Source: Marsupella aquatica (lineage: Eukaryota; Plantae; Marchantiophyta). From it: a stretch of DNA of 64,000 bases. Below the pieces are notes generated by a model, which saw only the letters and a program-made list of their open reading frames with translations, was not told the origin of the DNA and did no database searches. The DNA lies in the NCBI GenBank assembly GCA_973895155.1, contig OZ316892.1, forward strand, positions 19,197,457 to 19,261,456, given 5' to 3'. Position 1 is the first letter of the stretch. Each line of letters starts with the position of its first letter. Below are positions 1 through 12,980 of the stretch, in pieces. Made by a program: the position numbers and the translations under genes.

Positions 1-2331
1 TCCGTCTGTTATTTCAATCAAACGAAACGTTACTTGACGTTAGACTAATTACGCGGACGACTTCTTCCAAGTAGGACGTTAACAACACTTGGCGCTGAAA
101 GAAATATCAATACTGTAGACATGAACAGGTCTCGTATCCTCCAATTAGAATGGCAGCAAATGTTTTCTTTCCTTACAGAGACCTCTCATAACTCACATGT
201 ATAGAGGCTAGGCAATTTCGGGTCTCGTCAATCAAGAAGAGAATGCACGGGGATCTGGCTGGCCATTCACCCAAACAATGCCTCCACACCCTCAGAATGA
301 ATACGTTCAGGGCTTAGGGGATTTTGGGTTTCGTCAATCAAGAAGTCCATTCGCTGGTATCTGGCTGGCCACTCACTCGTAGACACTCGAATTCATGTCG
401 TTCACGCAATGATGGCAACGTATGGAGATGGCCAGCCTGGGGTCTGTCGGTTAGAGATTGCCATTGACATTCTCGATGAGGTTAATTCAGTTGCACATGC
501 GATGTAACCTCGGAAAAATCTGATATTATCAACTCGGCATACTCCTACCAAGGTGGACTTCTGCGGAACTCTGTGCGCGCCGTGCACAAGTGAGCTGTAC
601 CGACGTTCTTTGCACGACGACATGCGTTAGAAGAAGAGATATTATACAGTGGACGCTTTTTGTCTTGCTTAGACATGCGTGAAGATCATTCGTTGTAAAG
701 TCCTGAACAGAAATAGAAGGATGGATTCATTCGTTGTAAAGCAATGAACAGAAATAGAAGGATGACTTTTCCTGGTCTCCAAATGTACGTAGTTTAGGGT
801 TTAGACGAACAGTAGTTCGTTCCAAATCACGACGGTTTGACTTGCACGAAGAATTGATTCGTTGTCGGGTCAGTAACCGAAAAGAAGGAAGGTTTTTTGT
901 AGGTCTCGAAAAAGTACTGTAGAAGATGAGAAGCTCGCTCCACGTCACAACGGTGGCATAGAATTATGTAGGGCAGGGGTCCCACAACAGGGGAAGGTTG
1001 CACATGGACCAACAATTGCATGTCCATCCCGTAAATTCCTTGTAAAGTCTCAGTAACCGAAACTGAAAAGGAGGCTTTTCTCTTGGTCTCCACAGAAACT
1101 GAAAATGCAGATGATCAGTAGTAACAAAACATAACTTCTATGTGCTGTCAGTGACAGGAACAGAAGGAGGACTTTTTCTCGGTATCCCAAGACAATGTAG
1201 AAGATCGGCAGTTCGCGGCGCATCACAACGGCGACTTACATGTAGAGGGCACTGCAATGCCCTCCTCTAAGGGACCCACACAACAGAGGAAGGGATCATC
1301 GACACGGACCCAGGCAACATTGCATGTCGATCACATGGCCTGTACCAGAAGAATCCTAAGATTACACGGAACCAGGGGAGCCTGCATGTTTATCACATGG
1401 CCCTGTACCAGAGTAACGCAGAGCTTGGACCAAGGGCTGAACTCGGATATGAACCCAGCCCGACCTTCCACCACGAGAAGGTGAACTTTTCGCCTCCCAA
1501 GGATCCAATGCCATCACTGCACGGCATGCACTCTCTCCACAGTTCCAGAGTTTAGGAGTTAGGACCACGATCGCCATTTCCTGCAACGATTGGGGATCCG
1601 TATCCTCTGATTGCCACCCGTCCTGCGCGCCGCACGGTCTACTCCCTCTAGGCCCAACAGAGTAAAGAATGCAATCCAAACCCAATCAATTCCATAGCTG
1701 CTCCGACTCAGAGCTCCGACTCCGCAGACACCCAGACACCCAGGCTGGAGCCGACGGCAGCCTTCATACGTGTCCAATTAATTACTCACTTCCAGCAGCA
1801 GCACCACCAGTAACTTGAATGCTCCGACGCAATCTGAATCTACTGTAGAGCGGCGGCGAGACCATCGACCTACTTAATTCCATGCAAAGCCTGTTAGCCT
1901 GGGAATTCCCTGATATGGGGCGGCATTTGTAAGGTTTGGTCGCATCAATCATAAACTTTCTGGCGCCGCAAGTACATTTAGTTGAACGAGTATGCTGCAC
2001 AGAGAGCTACCATTCTACCAACGCTTCCTCCAATCCTCACCACTGTAGGCCCGAGACCACTCATCACTTGGTTCGGTGGGAGCGGAGCTGCTGAGCTGAG
2101 TGAGCTGAGTGAGCTGAGCTGAGCTGAAAAAACTTGCAGAATGATGCAGATTATAGAGGAGAAGCAAAGCACCGACCCAGTCATCAGATCAGTACTGAAG
2201 ACATGCCCAGGCCTGCTCTGTCTGACAAAGCTGTTCTGGGTGAGGGCCAATGCTAAGGGTTGCCTTGTTACATGTAGGCAGTCTTTTCTTTTGCACTCCT
2301 AAACTTAATGTTGGGTACCCAGGTATTGCTT

Positions 2332-2411
2332 GATGGGACCTAAAATGAGAAGATGGGACCTAAAATGAGAAGATGGGACCTAAAATGAGAAGATAGGACC
2401 TAAAATGAGAA
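2332..2411. repeat. 20-bp tandem repeat (GATGGGACCTAAAATGAGAA x4)
   Basis: Units start at 2332, 2352, 2372 and 2392; the last has one mismatch. Confidence 0.95.
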
Positions 2412-2667
2412 GTTTTACTTTTGATATGCTCGTTGATTCAGGGTCCATCAACAGCCTGGATCATTGAGGGGTTCTATGACTTCTATCAAATAGTGCTTTT
2501 CATTTTAAGGTCCCATTAAGCAAATAATACCTCTTGGGTAGCACAGGTGCCTTGATTGAAGGTCTAGCAAGGTCTAGCTTGGATCATTCAGGGGTCCTAT
2601 CAAATAACACTTTGCATTTTAGGGTCCCATCAAGCAATAACCTGTTGGGTAGGATATTGTGCAAGAA

Positions 2668-2806
2668 GAATTTTCCCTAAAGTTAATGTTGGGTACCACA
2701 TTATACAAAGGGAATTTGCCCTAAACTTAATGTTGGGTACCGTGTTATACAAGGGGAATTGCCCTAAACTTAATGCTGGGTATCATGCTATACAAGCAGA
2801 ATTTGC
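2668..2806. repeat. ~44-bp minisatellite (GAATTTGCCCTAAACTTAATGTTGGGTACC...), about 3 copies
   Basis: Units start at 2668, 2712, 2756 and partially at 2799; a related stretch occurs near 2300. Confidence 0.9.
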
Positions 2807-3864
2807 TCCTTGAACCCCCTCATTAGGGAAGCTTAGAGTGGGGTTCCATGCAGGTACGGGCAGGGAGTGCCCCTCCGCACGGACGCCCCAGGAACCGAGG
2901 GCTGTCTGCCACGCTATGGCCGTACGCGTCAATAGGGAGTGCGGGGGAAGGAGGCCGTGGGGAGGCTGGCGAGCCCTCCCGCCCCTTGCGGGGTACCCTC
3001 GCCCCTCATGGGCAACGGGCTTGCCCCGGTGACTAGCCCAAGACAACCGCAGTTTGGCGGTAACTCCTTCACGCCGGCCCGGCTGCTGCTCGTGCCTGAC
3101 CCGGCTGCGGCGACCCGGCTGCATCGGCGACCCGACTGCTCCTTGCTTGCGCGGGATCGTGCGCCTCGGACTCTCCCGCTCATGGAATTTTTTTAGCTTC
3201 AACGCAGCCGCCATAGCTTTTCGTCGCTTTGAGGTCCTAGCTGATGCTTCCACCATAGCTCCATATGCTGCTGCTGCTACCACTGCTGCCGCCATCACTC
3301 GTCCACCATTCTTGCAGCACTACTCCAATAGTTTTCAACAGTTTGAGGTGGATTGTGAGCTCAATCGACGGCAGATTAATCAAGAGCCATTGGTGGACTG
3401 AATAGAAGAAATCTGAGATATCTAACCGGGCATTCGTCTACGAAACAGTAATGTTTGATCTATAAAATCCTCATTGTCATTGGACACTGTGAACTATTAA
3501 TGTGGACCTTTCTGAAACTACAATTCCTCTGAATTCCCACATTCCATTTTGCGTCATGCAGCGACTGCCAAAATTGCATTTCTCTTACAGAATTCTTATG
3601 TTATATCTCAATAGACATTGCAATCTGCTGCTTGCCAATTGTGTCTCTCTGGTTCTGAATTCATTGAAGCACAACCAGAAAACTATCAATACGATATTTG
3701 GCTAGACAGTGCAATCTGCTTCTGGCGAATGTGTTCCTCTCTGGTTTTTAATTCAGTACGTGAAGTAGAACAAAAATTAGACATTGAATTGTGTAATTAG
3801 ACTGAACTGGAATTAAAACTGTGTAATTAAACTGAACTGAAATTAAAAACTTTGTGGGCTGTAG

Positions 3865-4917
3865 ATGGTAGAGGACCGCATGGGACGAACTGCTCAATGG
3901 GAGACTCGAGAACTTCTGGTCCTTGTGGATAGCAAGAAATACCAGCAAGATCAAGCTCAGCTAGATTCATCCAGAGATCGAATTCGAACAGCTGAGCAAA
4001 GGTGGAAAGACATTGAAGACAACTGCAAGGCCAACAATGTTCAAAGGGGCTAGAAGCAGTGCAAGAAGAGGTGGGAGAAATTGCTCACAGATTTCAAGAA
4101 GATTTATGATTTCCAGGCTCACACTCCCTCTGGCGGTGATGGGTACTTTCAATTGTCAAGGTCTGAAAAGAAGGATCGAGGCTTGCCCACTACTTTCCAG
4201 GAAGATATATATGAGGCTATGGTGGTATTTGTCCCAGCCAATAGAGCTGTCCATCCAGATCCCAATCAGTATGTTGACAGTACAGCAGATGCTGAGGTTG
4301 AAGAAGCTGTCCGTCATTCGATGGATCCAGGATCAGGAACAACTCCTGAAGGCCAACCATGGTCCTCTACCAATTCAGACATGGGTGGAGGTGATACAAA
4401 TCAAGAAAGCCCTGATGCTGCATATGAAGACCTAGATGATGATGCAGAACCTTTTAATACCTCATACATTCCACCATCAACTACTCGAGATCCGCCAACT
4501 CCTGCTGAGACTGGTCATACAGGTAGGGATCGAGGCACACCATCTCAACCAACCACCTCCCCCAACCCAAGCCCCATGGGAACAAGCCCAGCCTCTGTCA
4601 CTGGACAGCAGGATCCTGGTCCATCAACCACTAGGGGCTGGAAACGGAAAAAAGCATCTAAGAGGACCCGAGATGAGATGCATAAAGTGACCGACCATTT
4701 TGTGAAAGCCATTGCTGAGGACCGTCTGGCAAGAAGGGAGGAGCACAACGAACTCCTCACCTTCAACAACAGGAGACATGTTGATGTCTTGGTTGCTCAA
4801 GCTGAGGCTACTCGATCTGCCCGACAGACTGGGATTGATGTTGCGAATGCTCTTGCATTCATTGCGGACTCTGTTAGGTACCTTACAGATGGACTCAGGC
4901 AGTCAACAGACACTTGA
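3865..4917 (+). pseudogene. Harbinger Myb/SANT-like (trihelix) DNA-binding protein with one in-frame stop
   Basis: ORFs 3865-4053 and 4081-4917 share a frame: W-ETRELLVLV...RWKDIEDNC...QRG*KQCKKRWEKLLTDFKKIYDF, which is the Myb_DNA-bind_4 Trp pattern. Single TAG at 4051-4053. Confidence 0.88.
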
Positions 4918-5354
4918 GAAGTTGATATGTTTTGAAAGCTCTATGTACATCCATTGGGACAGAAATCTCAGCTTGATAGTGAGAAATACATTCAGAACAG
5001 GTTACACTTCAAAACATGGATAAAACAATGCTTTTGCAGCTGATGCACAAGTTTTTGATGTTTTGTAACGACAGATTCAATCTGCACAATTTTGAACTTA
5101 ACTTTGTTTGCTTCTATGGAAGAATTCATCATATATTTGAATGACATGAGAACAATCAAGTTGCATGCTCCATGCTTGCTAATGTATTTTACATTTCAAA
5201 CTCCAAAGTAAATTTGAGATTAAAGGTGCTGTAATCTTTCTGCAAAAGAGAAGAATTGCATTATAAAAACAAATGGCATTACAATGGTATGAATGGACTA
5301 AATAATGAAGGCTGAGAGCTTTGAAGTGGCCATTTGCTAAATCCACGACCCTGA

Positions 5355-6800
5355 CTATCCTACATGCTCCATCAAAGCCATTCGTGCCTCTGGCCCCCCT
5401 CTATACATTCTCCTGTTGGGACGAAGGACCCCTGCATAGCCTGGTGGGTGAGGTGGATGATGCTGCCAAACAACATTTGGCAGTCCATCATTCCTATCTA
5501 TAATGAGATTATGAAGAACACAACAGGAAAATATCATCGGTCCGAGTCGTTCAATACGAGGCTTCCACAACACCCTACTCAGAATTCTCCATGTCCCTTT
5601 CAATCTTCCAAAAGCTCTTTCCACACACATTCTCGTACTGGATAACTTGTAGTTAAAAGCATCTGTCTGTTCAGACACACCTCTTGGAAAAGGAACAATG
5701 AGCCAAGGTAGAAGAGGATACCCTGCATCCCCAATGATGTACTCTTGCAGCATCCTGCCATCTTCACAACGGAATAGAGACCCACTAAATCGACTATGCT
5801 GCTGTGTAACTTGGTAATAAAACCGGGACATCCTCATCAATCTAGTATCTTGAATGCTTCCCGGCAGCCCACAACATACATCTAAAAACCTCAGTTTCTG
5901 ATCACAAATTCCCTGCATGGAGACTGGGAGCTTGTGCTTCCAATCATAGTATTGAGTAGAGTCCTCACCAAATGGCAACTCAATAGGCAAGTGAGTGCCA
6001 TCAATAGCTCCACAGCAATTGGGGAAACCCCATCTGTCCTGAAATCCTTGTTTCACTTCACGAAGGCCTGCCTCATCTGGCCATCGGATTACATGAGCAG
6101 CCCTCCTTCGCAATGAGGAAATGAACTTCCAAGTCACTTTCACAGCAGAACTCTTCGAAACTCCAAACAATTCACCTATTGTCAAGTATGTATCACCAGT
6201 AGCCAGACGTCTCAATGCAAGAGCAACTTGTCTCATTACCAACAGTTGTCTGTTCGGCAGGATTCTCAATGAAATAGGAGGATCTGTGATCATATCATCA
6301 TGCACAATCTCACAAATATAGAAAAACAGAGGAGGACTAATTCGGAAAAACTCTTGAAAACGGTGAGGATCCTCCCGAGGTGTGTCATCAATCCAAATGA
6401 TTAATCTCTGTCGTGTGCGGGGCTTAATATACCACTGATCTATAACCTGTCTTGGTCGAATATGAACTAACCCAACAGCTTGCAAAAAGGAGGGAACTAT
6501 GTGAGAAAACAATAGTGCTCTGCAGAGTGTTGACTGAGTGAGTGAGTTGTTGTCCATGGAGTCAAGTATTGAATTAGTGGGACTGTCAAACCAGGGCATC
6601 ATCAGGTGGACGACAGTGGCAATAGAGGCCATCAAGGAAGCCATTGTTCTCAGTATTGAGTGGAGTGCTTGTGGCCCAGGACCAGGTTGGAACCTGCGAG
6701 GAGGGGGTCTGCCCTGGGCTATTGCAGCGTGAACAGATTGGTTGAGATCAGGCAGCTCTGGGTGTTGTGACACATCCTCATCTAAATTAACTCCTTCCAT
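5355..6800 (-). CDS. PIF/Harbinger (HARBI1-like) DDE transposase, 481 aa
   Basis: Motifs FQEFFRIS, HTH (ALALRRLATGDTYLTIGELFGVSKSS), and catalytic triad CCGAIDGTH / IIGDAGYPL / TRMCVERAFGRLKGTW, then CCVLHN. Uninterrupted frame. Confidence 0.95.
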   Translation of the reverse strand: MEGVNLDEDVSQHPELPDLNQSVHAAIAQGRPPPRRFQPGPGPQALHSILRTMASLMASIATVVHLMMPWFDSPTNSILDSMDNNSLTQSTLCRALLFSHIVPSFLQAVGLVHIRPRQVIDQWYIKPRTRQRLIIWIDDTPREDPHRFQEFFRISPPLFFYICEIVHDDMITDPPISLRILPNRQLLVMRQVALALRRLATGDTYLTIGELFGVSKSSAVKVTWKFISSLRRRAAHVIRWPDEAGLREVKQGFQDRWGFPNCCGAIDGTHLPIELPFGEDSTQYYDWKHKLPVSMQGICDQKLRFLDVCCGLPGSIQDTRLMRMSRFYYQVTQQHSRFSGSLFRCEDGRMLQEYIIGDAGYPLLPWLIVPFPRGVSEQTDAFNYKLSSTRMCVERAFGRLKGTWRILSRVLWKPRIERLGPMIFSCCVLHNLIIDRNDGLPNVVWQHHPPHPPGYAGVLRPNRRMYRGGPEARMALMEHVG

Positions 6801-7795
6801 GAGAATTATCCTATGAGAGCTTTAATTTGCCTGTCATGAAGAAACAGAGAACTCTAAGAATGAGATCCTATAATTGTTAATTGTTGAGGTCTGAAGAACA
6901 GACAGTCTATCAATTGCAATTGAAACAAGGGCAAGCTTCAATTTGAGCACTTTGTGAGAGCTATTTGTTCTCACATTTTAAGAAATTTTACCAGACCAGC
7001 AAACACTCTGTGTAATTTAAACAATGAATCCAACAATGAGTTCAATAAGGAACAAGTAATGTATAAACCTGAAATGAATTTTGTAGACTCAAGTGCCCAA
7101 TCGAAGTCTAGCCTGGAAAGCGAAGAGTTGCTCCATGTCTCCCCTGTCGATGCAGCCCATCTAGCTTCGCAGATCTGCAGCCCATGTAGCTATCCAACGC
7201 TCTTCATGTCTATGGCAACAAGCTTGTAACAAGTATGAAGGAGAACTAGTTCAAATTGAATTTCAATCAGATTTGATTTAGGTTTGGGACCAGCACACGA
7301 CATTATTTCTGAAGCACTCACCTTTGTCGCAGAGTTTTTGCGATCAAGCCGGGCAGGTCGCAACGGCACTTAGAGTGGATGCCAAGCTTTTGCTATTGGC
7401 TGCATTCAGCACGACCAGTCCGGGTGATTTTCGATCAAGAGCTGAGAAAAGCTTCAGGGCCCGAGCTATGGCATCGGGGTCCAACAGCATTTTTTTGTTT
7501 GTGGCTTGGCTGGAGGCAGTCGCGAAACAATGCGGGGTCCGGGTGGAAAGAAGGCCGGGCCTGGGGCAAGCAGTCCGGTCGGCAGCACAGGCGCCCGGGC
7601 TGGGCGACCGGAAGGTAGGGGGGCAAGGGGTGGGGAGGAGCTGCATGCGACTGTGGCAGGCCCCTGGACCTGCCGCGCCAACAACCTCCCGCAAAGTTGG
7701 AGGCGAGGGCTGCGGGTACAGGCGCTCCGTGCCCCTAGCCACATGGAACCCCTCTCTTAACTACCCCCTCAGTATGCAGGGGTCGCTACCGTATA

Positions 7796-8150
7796 GAAAT
7801 GGGGATCCAAGGGCAGAGGCTAGAAGCCTGCAATCCTGACCTTTGAGAAAAGAAGAAAGACAAGAAGAGAAACCATTATTCACATGAGGAAGTGCCCATT
7901 CAGCAATTCTAGGGGTCTGTTTTCTCCGTGTCAGCTGACAATTAGCCAATTTCTGCTTGGACCTCCTGGGTAGGTAGGCTTAGGTATGGCTAAAAGTGGA
8001 GATCCAAGGGCCAAGGTCAGAGAAGCCTTGCAATCCTGACCCTTTGAGAAAGACAAAAACAAAAGGAAAGACGAGAATTCAAGTGATGGAGTGCCCATTC
8101 AACAATTCTAGGGGTATGTTCTCCCAAGTGTGGGCTGATACCTAGCTGGA
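7796..8150. repeat. Diverged direct duplication (~195-bp period)
   Basis: GGATCCAAGGGC...AGAAGCC.TGCAATCCTGAC.TTTGAGAAAG...AGTGCCCATTCA.CAATTCTAGGGGT occurs from about 7800 and again from about 7998. Confidence 0.8.
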
Positions 8151-11100
8151 CCATTGGATTTTGTGATCCATGACAAGTCACTTTTTCCTGGCAGTTCAGG
8201 ATGTTTAAAAGGTGAAAAACGTTACGGTCACCTGCATGTAAGACCCTAAATCTTGCATATATGGAGATTGCCCTGAAAATTCTGGCTCTTAAAAGCCCCA
8301 CAATTTGGGGATAAAGCCTTGACTACAGGACCATGGGATTGTCTTGTGTTTTGCAACAGTAAGGATACAAAGGCCGTTGGGAACATTGGCCTCAGTTTCC
8401 CACTTAGGAAGCCACCTAGCCTGGGCAAATGAGGCGTTTCTGGCATGATTTTCTCCTTAAGTAATGTGTTGCCAGAACATTGGTTTAAGGCTGCATATTG
8501 AAGGGCCCCATATGTGCAAGACAACTTTAAGGCCCAGCTCGGATGTGAGCAACCCTTCACATTGCAGCCCTAATTCTCACACATGCCATCATATCACTGA
8601 GCATGAGATACCCGGCTGAACCTCCTCATGTGCCAGGCCTGACTGCAGAATCCTTGCATTCCTAAGGCAAGGGCTGGAAATTTTTCAGTCCTTGCAAGTC
8701 CCTACCTTTGATTGACAAATAAAGCAAAAAGGTGAGTTAGGAACTCAGCTGAGATCGGGCGCACACATGACACATTTCATATTTAAAGATTGAGTAGATA
8801 AGCTTTTTCCTAAACTGTTGTGAGGGCAAAAGGGCCGCAAAACACAGAGCCGCTCACATGCCAGGTGGCCCTAAGGGTGGCCTCTGAAGGTAGACCAGAC
8901 AAAAATATTTTGAAGAAGTTCAATAAATACAAATTCCTTACATGAATGAGCCAAAGTTTTTAAAAAGTTTGGACCACCTCCAAGACTTAGTCTATTTTAA
9001 GTGCTTGTTGACAGTGGGCACTAAGCATGTGCGGCTCAATTTTTCAGGAGCTTTTCTAAAGAGCTCAACTACCAAAAAAAAAAATCAACTAAATGTGCAC
9101 TGGAGTTCATATTCCTTTGTAATGTAACATTATTTTTACATTTCTGACCAAGTGAAACCTTTTCATCTTTTCCTAACAGAGTGTGCATGGATGAATCACA
9201 TTATGTTTTACCACAATGTGTATTTTTTGCATTGTTACCAAAGCACTACATTAAGGGTGGCTTTACAATACAGGGGCTTGTTGCTTCTTTCTAGTAAGCA
9301 CTACAGTTAAGGGTGGCCTTTACAAGACAAGGGCCAGTTGCTTCTTCTTATTCCCTGTGAGATTAAATCTTGAATTTGTAATGAGTGGAAAATGAAAGGG
9401 CAAGGTTTTTTCTGTGAATTTTGTAGATATTTTTGGCAAAAAGACCTCACTATAGGTACCCTACCGAGATCATATGCCGAGAGGTCCCACTACCTTCTTT
9501 TATTGTTCAAGTCTAAAGACTAAATTGTAGATAGATTTAGTGAAACCTGAAAAAATAAGCTTATGCATATTTTAAGAAATATTCTAAGCTTGCTTTTAAA
9601 GTTAGAAAATAAATTTCAGAGAGTTGTTTTGGATTATGCTGTAACCTGGACACGAAAGAAATTCACTTTTGGTATAGGAGCTACGTCAGTATTTCAACCT
9701 GAATGCCACTAAAGTATTTCATTACTTTTACTGACTATCAAAGGTTTATAGTTAGCATCATTTTTGGATTTTCTAACACATGTGATACCTCATATACAGT
9801 CAATATTTTGTTTCGATTTTGCCTGGGAGTGAGATCGAGCTTAGTGGGGATGACTTCACTAGGTTAGAGTACCAGAGGAAAGCCAAATTCATCCTGAAGA
9901 TAGAGTCACACTTTTGGGGGCTAAACAGGTGCAAATTTGTCAGATCCTTATCAAGGATTGGGGCTGGTTACCAATGCAAAGGTTCCATTTCTTTCTAGTT
10001 TTAGACCCTAGTTGCCAAATCTAAGTGCATTCCTTGAAACCCAAAAGATCTAACAATGCACATTAGATGTGTCAGATGGACCTCTTCCTGGAAGTGTCAC
10101 AAATTATCTTTCTCTGACACAATTCCTGCTCTGTCTGACACTGGTTTTTTGGTTGGGCCCTATCCTAGAGGAAGACTAGTGTAGGTGTGCCAAACTTCTT
10201 CCCATGAGTTGAAAGGGGGATGTCCTTATGGAATGTCTGATGGCCATGGTTGCTGAACACAAGTGAAGCATGTAACGGGGCCCACAAAAAGGCAGCCATA
10301 TATTAAGCTCACATGACAATATAGATGCATATTAATGCATAATCCTGTAGGACCAGGGAGGCAGTTGCCTGCCGTCCATAGCCATTGCTCGACGGTGATA
10401 GCTATATTTGTACACAATGTGAATGAGGCCTGACATGGAGCAGAAGTTGGGTTACCGGTAGAGAAGCAGAGTGGGGCTGTGCAGGTGAGATGTTCAATTC
10501 TGCTAAGCCGCAGAATTCTGTGGACGCAAACTCACCCCAAGGTGGGGTTCGTTCACATACTTTCACACTTAAAACAATTCAGTGTTGCAGGCAGGAAGTG
10601 CTATAATAATATCTTTTGCACTGAATCTCCCTATCTTGCGAGTGAGCAGGTGAGGGAGGGTATAAAATATGCAAAAATATGAGGGGGATGTAGAGGGCAA
10701 CAAGAGAAGGGAGGACGGTATGATCAAGGGAGGGCGGTCTAGAGGGGGAGGTGGAACAGAATGATAGGGTAGCCCTGAAACTACCCTTCATAAGGTGTTT
10801 GGGTTGTGTTTGGTGTTAATGGTTCATGTACAAAAACCTGTCGACACTAGATGCAATATACATATAACATACTTTCAAGTTGTTTGGGACTTGGCAAAGC
10901 ACCAGAAACCCAACCACAACCCACCAAAGCAAATGAGGGCACTCACAGCCCCTACGTAGATAGTGGTGCCAATAGAGAAGGAGCACCTAAAGCTCAAGGT
11001 CCATCAACCCCCATACAGTCTGGCAGTAAACTAAAACAATTGAGCCCTAAAATCCACATTTGCCTAACCTGTAGTTGTCACACCATTATGGGTGCTATTA

Positions 11101-11263
11101 GAGTATATTGTGTTGTCTGAGTTCAAAGTTTTCACATGTGTTCTATTTGAGCATTTTAGAATTTCTCTATGTTTGGAGGGTTAACTAGAACTAAGCCGTA
11201 GCCAAACAGGAGTGAGTAATCCATATACAAATAGTCACACATTGTTAAATAACTCTACTTGCA

Positions 11264-12657
11264 CTACAACTGCAAAACCTGCAAAGTAGCACGGTGTCTT
11301 GAGAAACTCTCCAAAGGAATCACTTTGGTAAAGGCATCAGCGGGATTGAGCTTTCCATCAATCTTGACTAGCTTAAAAGTTTTATCAGACACTACTTGCC
11401 TGATAAAATGGTACCTGATATCAATGTGCTTCACCCTGCTATCCATCACCTGGTTAGCAGCCAAGTGAAGAGCACTCTGACTATCACAGTTTAGAGACAT
11501 TTTGCCATGCTCTAAACCCATCTCCGCGATCAACTTGTCCAACCAAATTCCTTCCTTTGTTGCTTCTATTGCTGCTTCTGTAGTAGACTGAGATATACAT
11601 ACTCTGCTTCTGTAGTAGACTGAGATATCCACTTTTGCAAGGTAGATTTCCAACTGATACATCCTCCTCCAAGAGTAAATACAAAACCAGTTGTAGAGCT
11701 CCTTGTATCTAGACAGCCTCCATAGTCAGAATCTATATAGCCAACTAATGTTCTATCTGATCTTGCATCAAATAGTAACCCATAGTCCTGTGTACCCTTC
11801 ACATACCTGAGAATCCATTTCACAGCTTCCCAATGTACCTTCCCTGGATTTGACATGAATCTGCTAACCTTGCCCATCGCTAGGGCCAAGTCAGGCCTAA
11901 TACAAGTCATCAAATACATCAGACTGCCTACTGCTTTCTCATAAGGAATCTTAGCCATTAGACCTTTCTCCACAGCATCCATAGGAGAGAAAGCCGATGA
12001 TAACTTGAAATGTGAAGCTAAAGGAATACTCATTGGCTTACAGTTCTCCATGTTGAATCGTGCAAGTACCTTCCTTGCATACTTGCCTTGACTCAAGCAC
12101 AACTGTCCAGTATCAGAGTTCCTAAAAATCTCCATCCCTAAGATCCTCTTGGCCTTACCAAGATCCTTCATCATGAATTCAACACTCAATTTCGCCTTGA
12201 GACTATTAACCTCAGATTGATCTTTAGCCACAATCAGCATGTCATCCACATAGATCACCAGAATGATGAAATCAAATACATCATTCTTGACTGATTTTGT
12301 ATACACATAAGGATCATACACCATCCTTGTAAAACCTTGAGCAAGCATGAAATCATCAAACCGCTTGTTCCACTGTCTGGGAGATTGCTTCAATCCATAC
12401 AAGGACTTGAGCAATCTGTAAACTAAGTTCTCTTGGCCCTTCTTCATAAAGCCTAGTGGTTGTCTCATGAAGATCATCTCTTCCAAGTTCCCATAGAGAA
12501 AAGCAGTAATAACATCCATCTGATCCATCACCAAATTAAAAAACACAGCAAGTTGACACAAGATCTGAATTATGGAATACTTAGCCACCGGTGAAAATAC
12601 CTCATTGTAATCCACTCCTTTCTCCTGAGTGAATCCCTTGGCAACAATCCGTGCCTT
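11264..12657 (-). pseudogene. Copia reverse transcriptase and RNase H (frameshifted)
   Basis: Motifs KARIVAKGFTQ, QMDVITAFLYG, SLYGLKQSPRQW, YVDDMLI, GYIDSDYGG, STTEAEY, CDSQSA and KHIDIRYHFIR. A local duplication (CTGCTTCTGTAGTAGACTGAGATAT at 11572 and 11604) shifts the RNase H frame. Confidence 0.95.
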
Positions 12658-12980
12658 CACTAGAAGAATCCGAGGTGAACTGAGACCGCAATATATGACT
12701 CATTTTGGCTCATGTGACTTCATTGTGACTCAACGTGACTTGACCCACGCTGTGACCCTTGGAGTTGCAAAAGTTGAGACCAAAAAATGGAAGTCACTAT
12801 TGATACTGGGCTTTGCAACTTGCTTGATACCCATTTGTGACTGATCTGTGACTTTATTGTGGAGTCTAGCCTTGTTTCGACGTGACTGCAATATGACTTC
12901 AGCGAGTCACATCGTAAATCACATACATGACTTACCCGCATTCAACAACGACTAGCGTGTGACTATTTAGTGTCACAGGA
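12658..12980. repeat. CACTA subterminal repeats ((T)GTGACT / AGTCAC motifs in both orientations)
   Basis: Dense GTGAC(T/C) motifs at 12695-12975. Left GAGACCGCAATATATGACTC is mirrored by GAGTCGCATATTTATGAAGGTCTC near the right end (about 30828-30851). Confidence 0.8.

Larger units (their letters stand above)
2836..7756. mobile_element. PIF/Harbinger DNA transposon, structurally complete (4921 bp)
   Basis: Left TIR GAGTGGGGTTCCATG (2836-2850) matches the reverse complement of right TIR CATGGAACCCCTCTC (7742-7756) at 14/15. TTA target-site duplication at 2833-2835 and 7757-7759. Encloses convergent Myb/SANT and DDE ORFs, with GC-rich subterminal regions. Confidence 0.95.

Noticed and set aside
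2332-2806. Short regular repeats as a CRISPR array
   Set aside because: Head-to-tail minisatellites without unique spacers, in a eukaryotic context with no cas genes.
2783-3401. Cluster of overlapping GC-rich ORFs (also 7324-7839)
   Set aside because: They fall in the GC-rich Harbinger subterminal regions, some cross the TIR, and no domains are recognisable.
12658-12660. ORF-track start of the 364-aa RT ORF
   Set aside because: The start codon is created by the CACTA terminus; the real frame continues at 30905.
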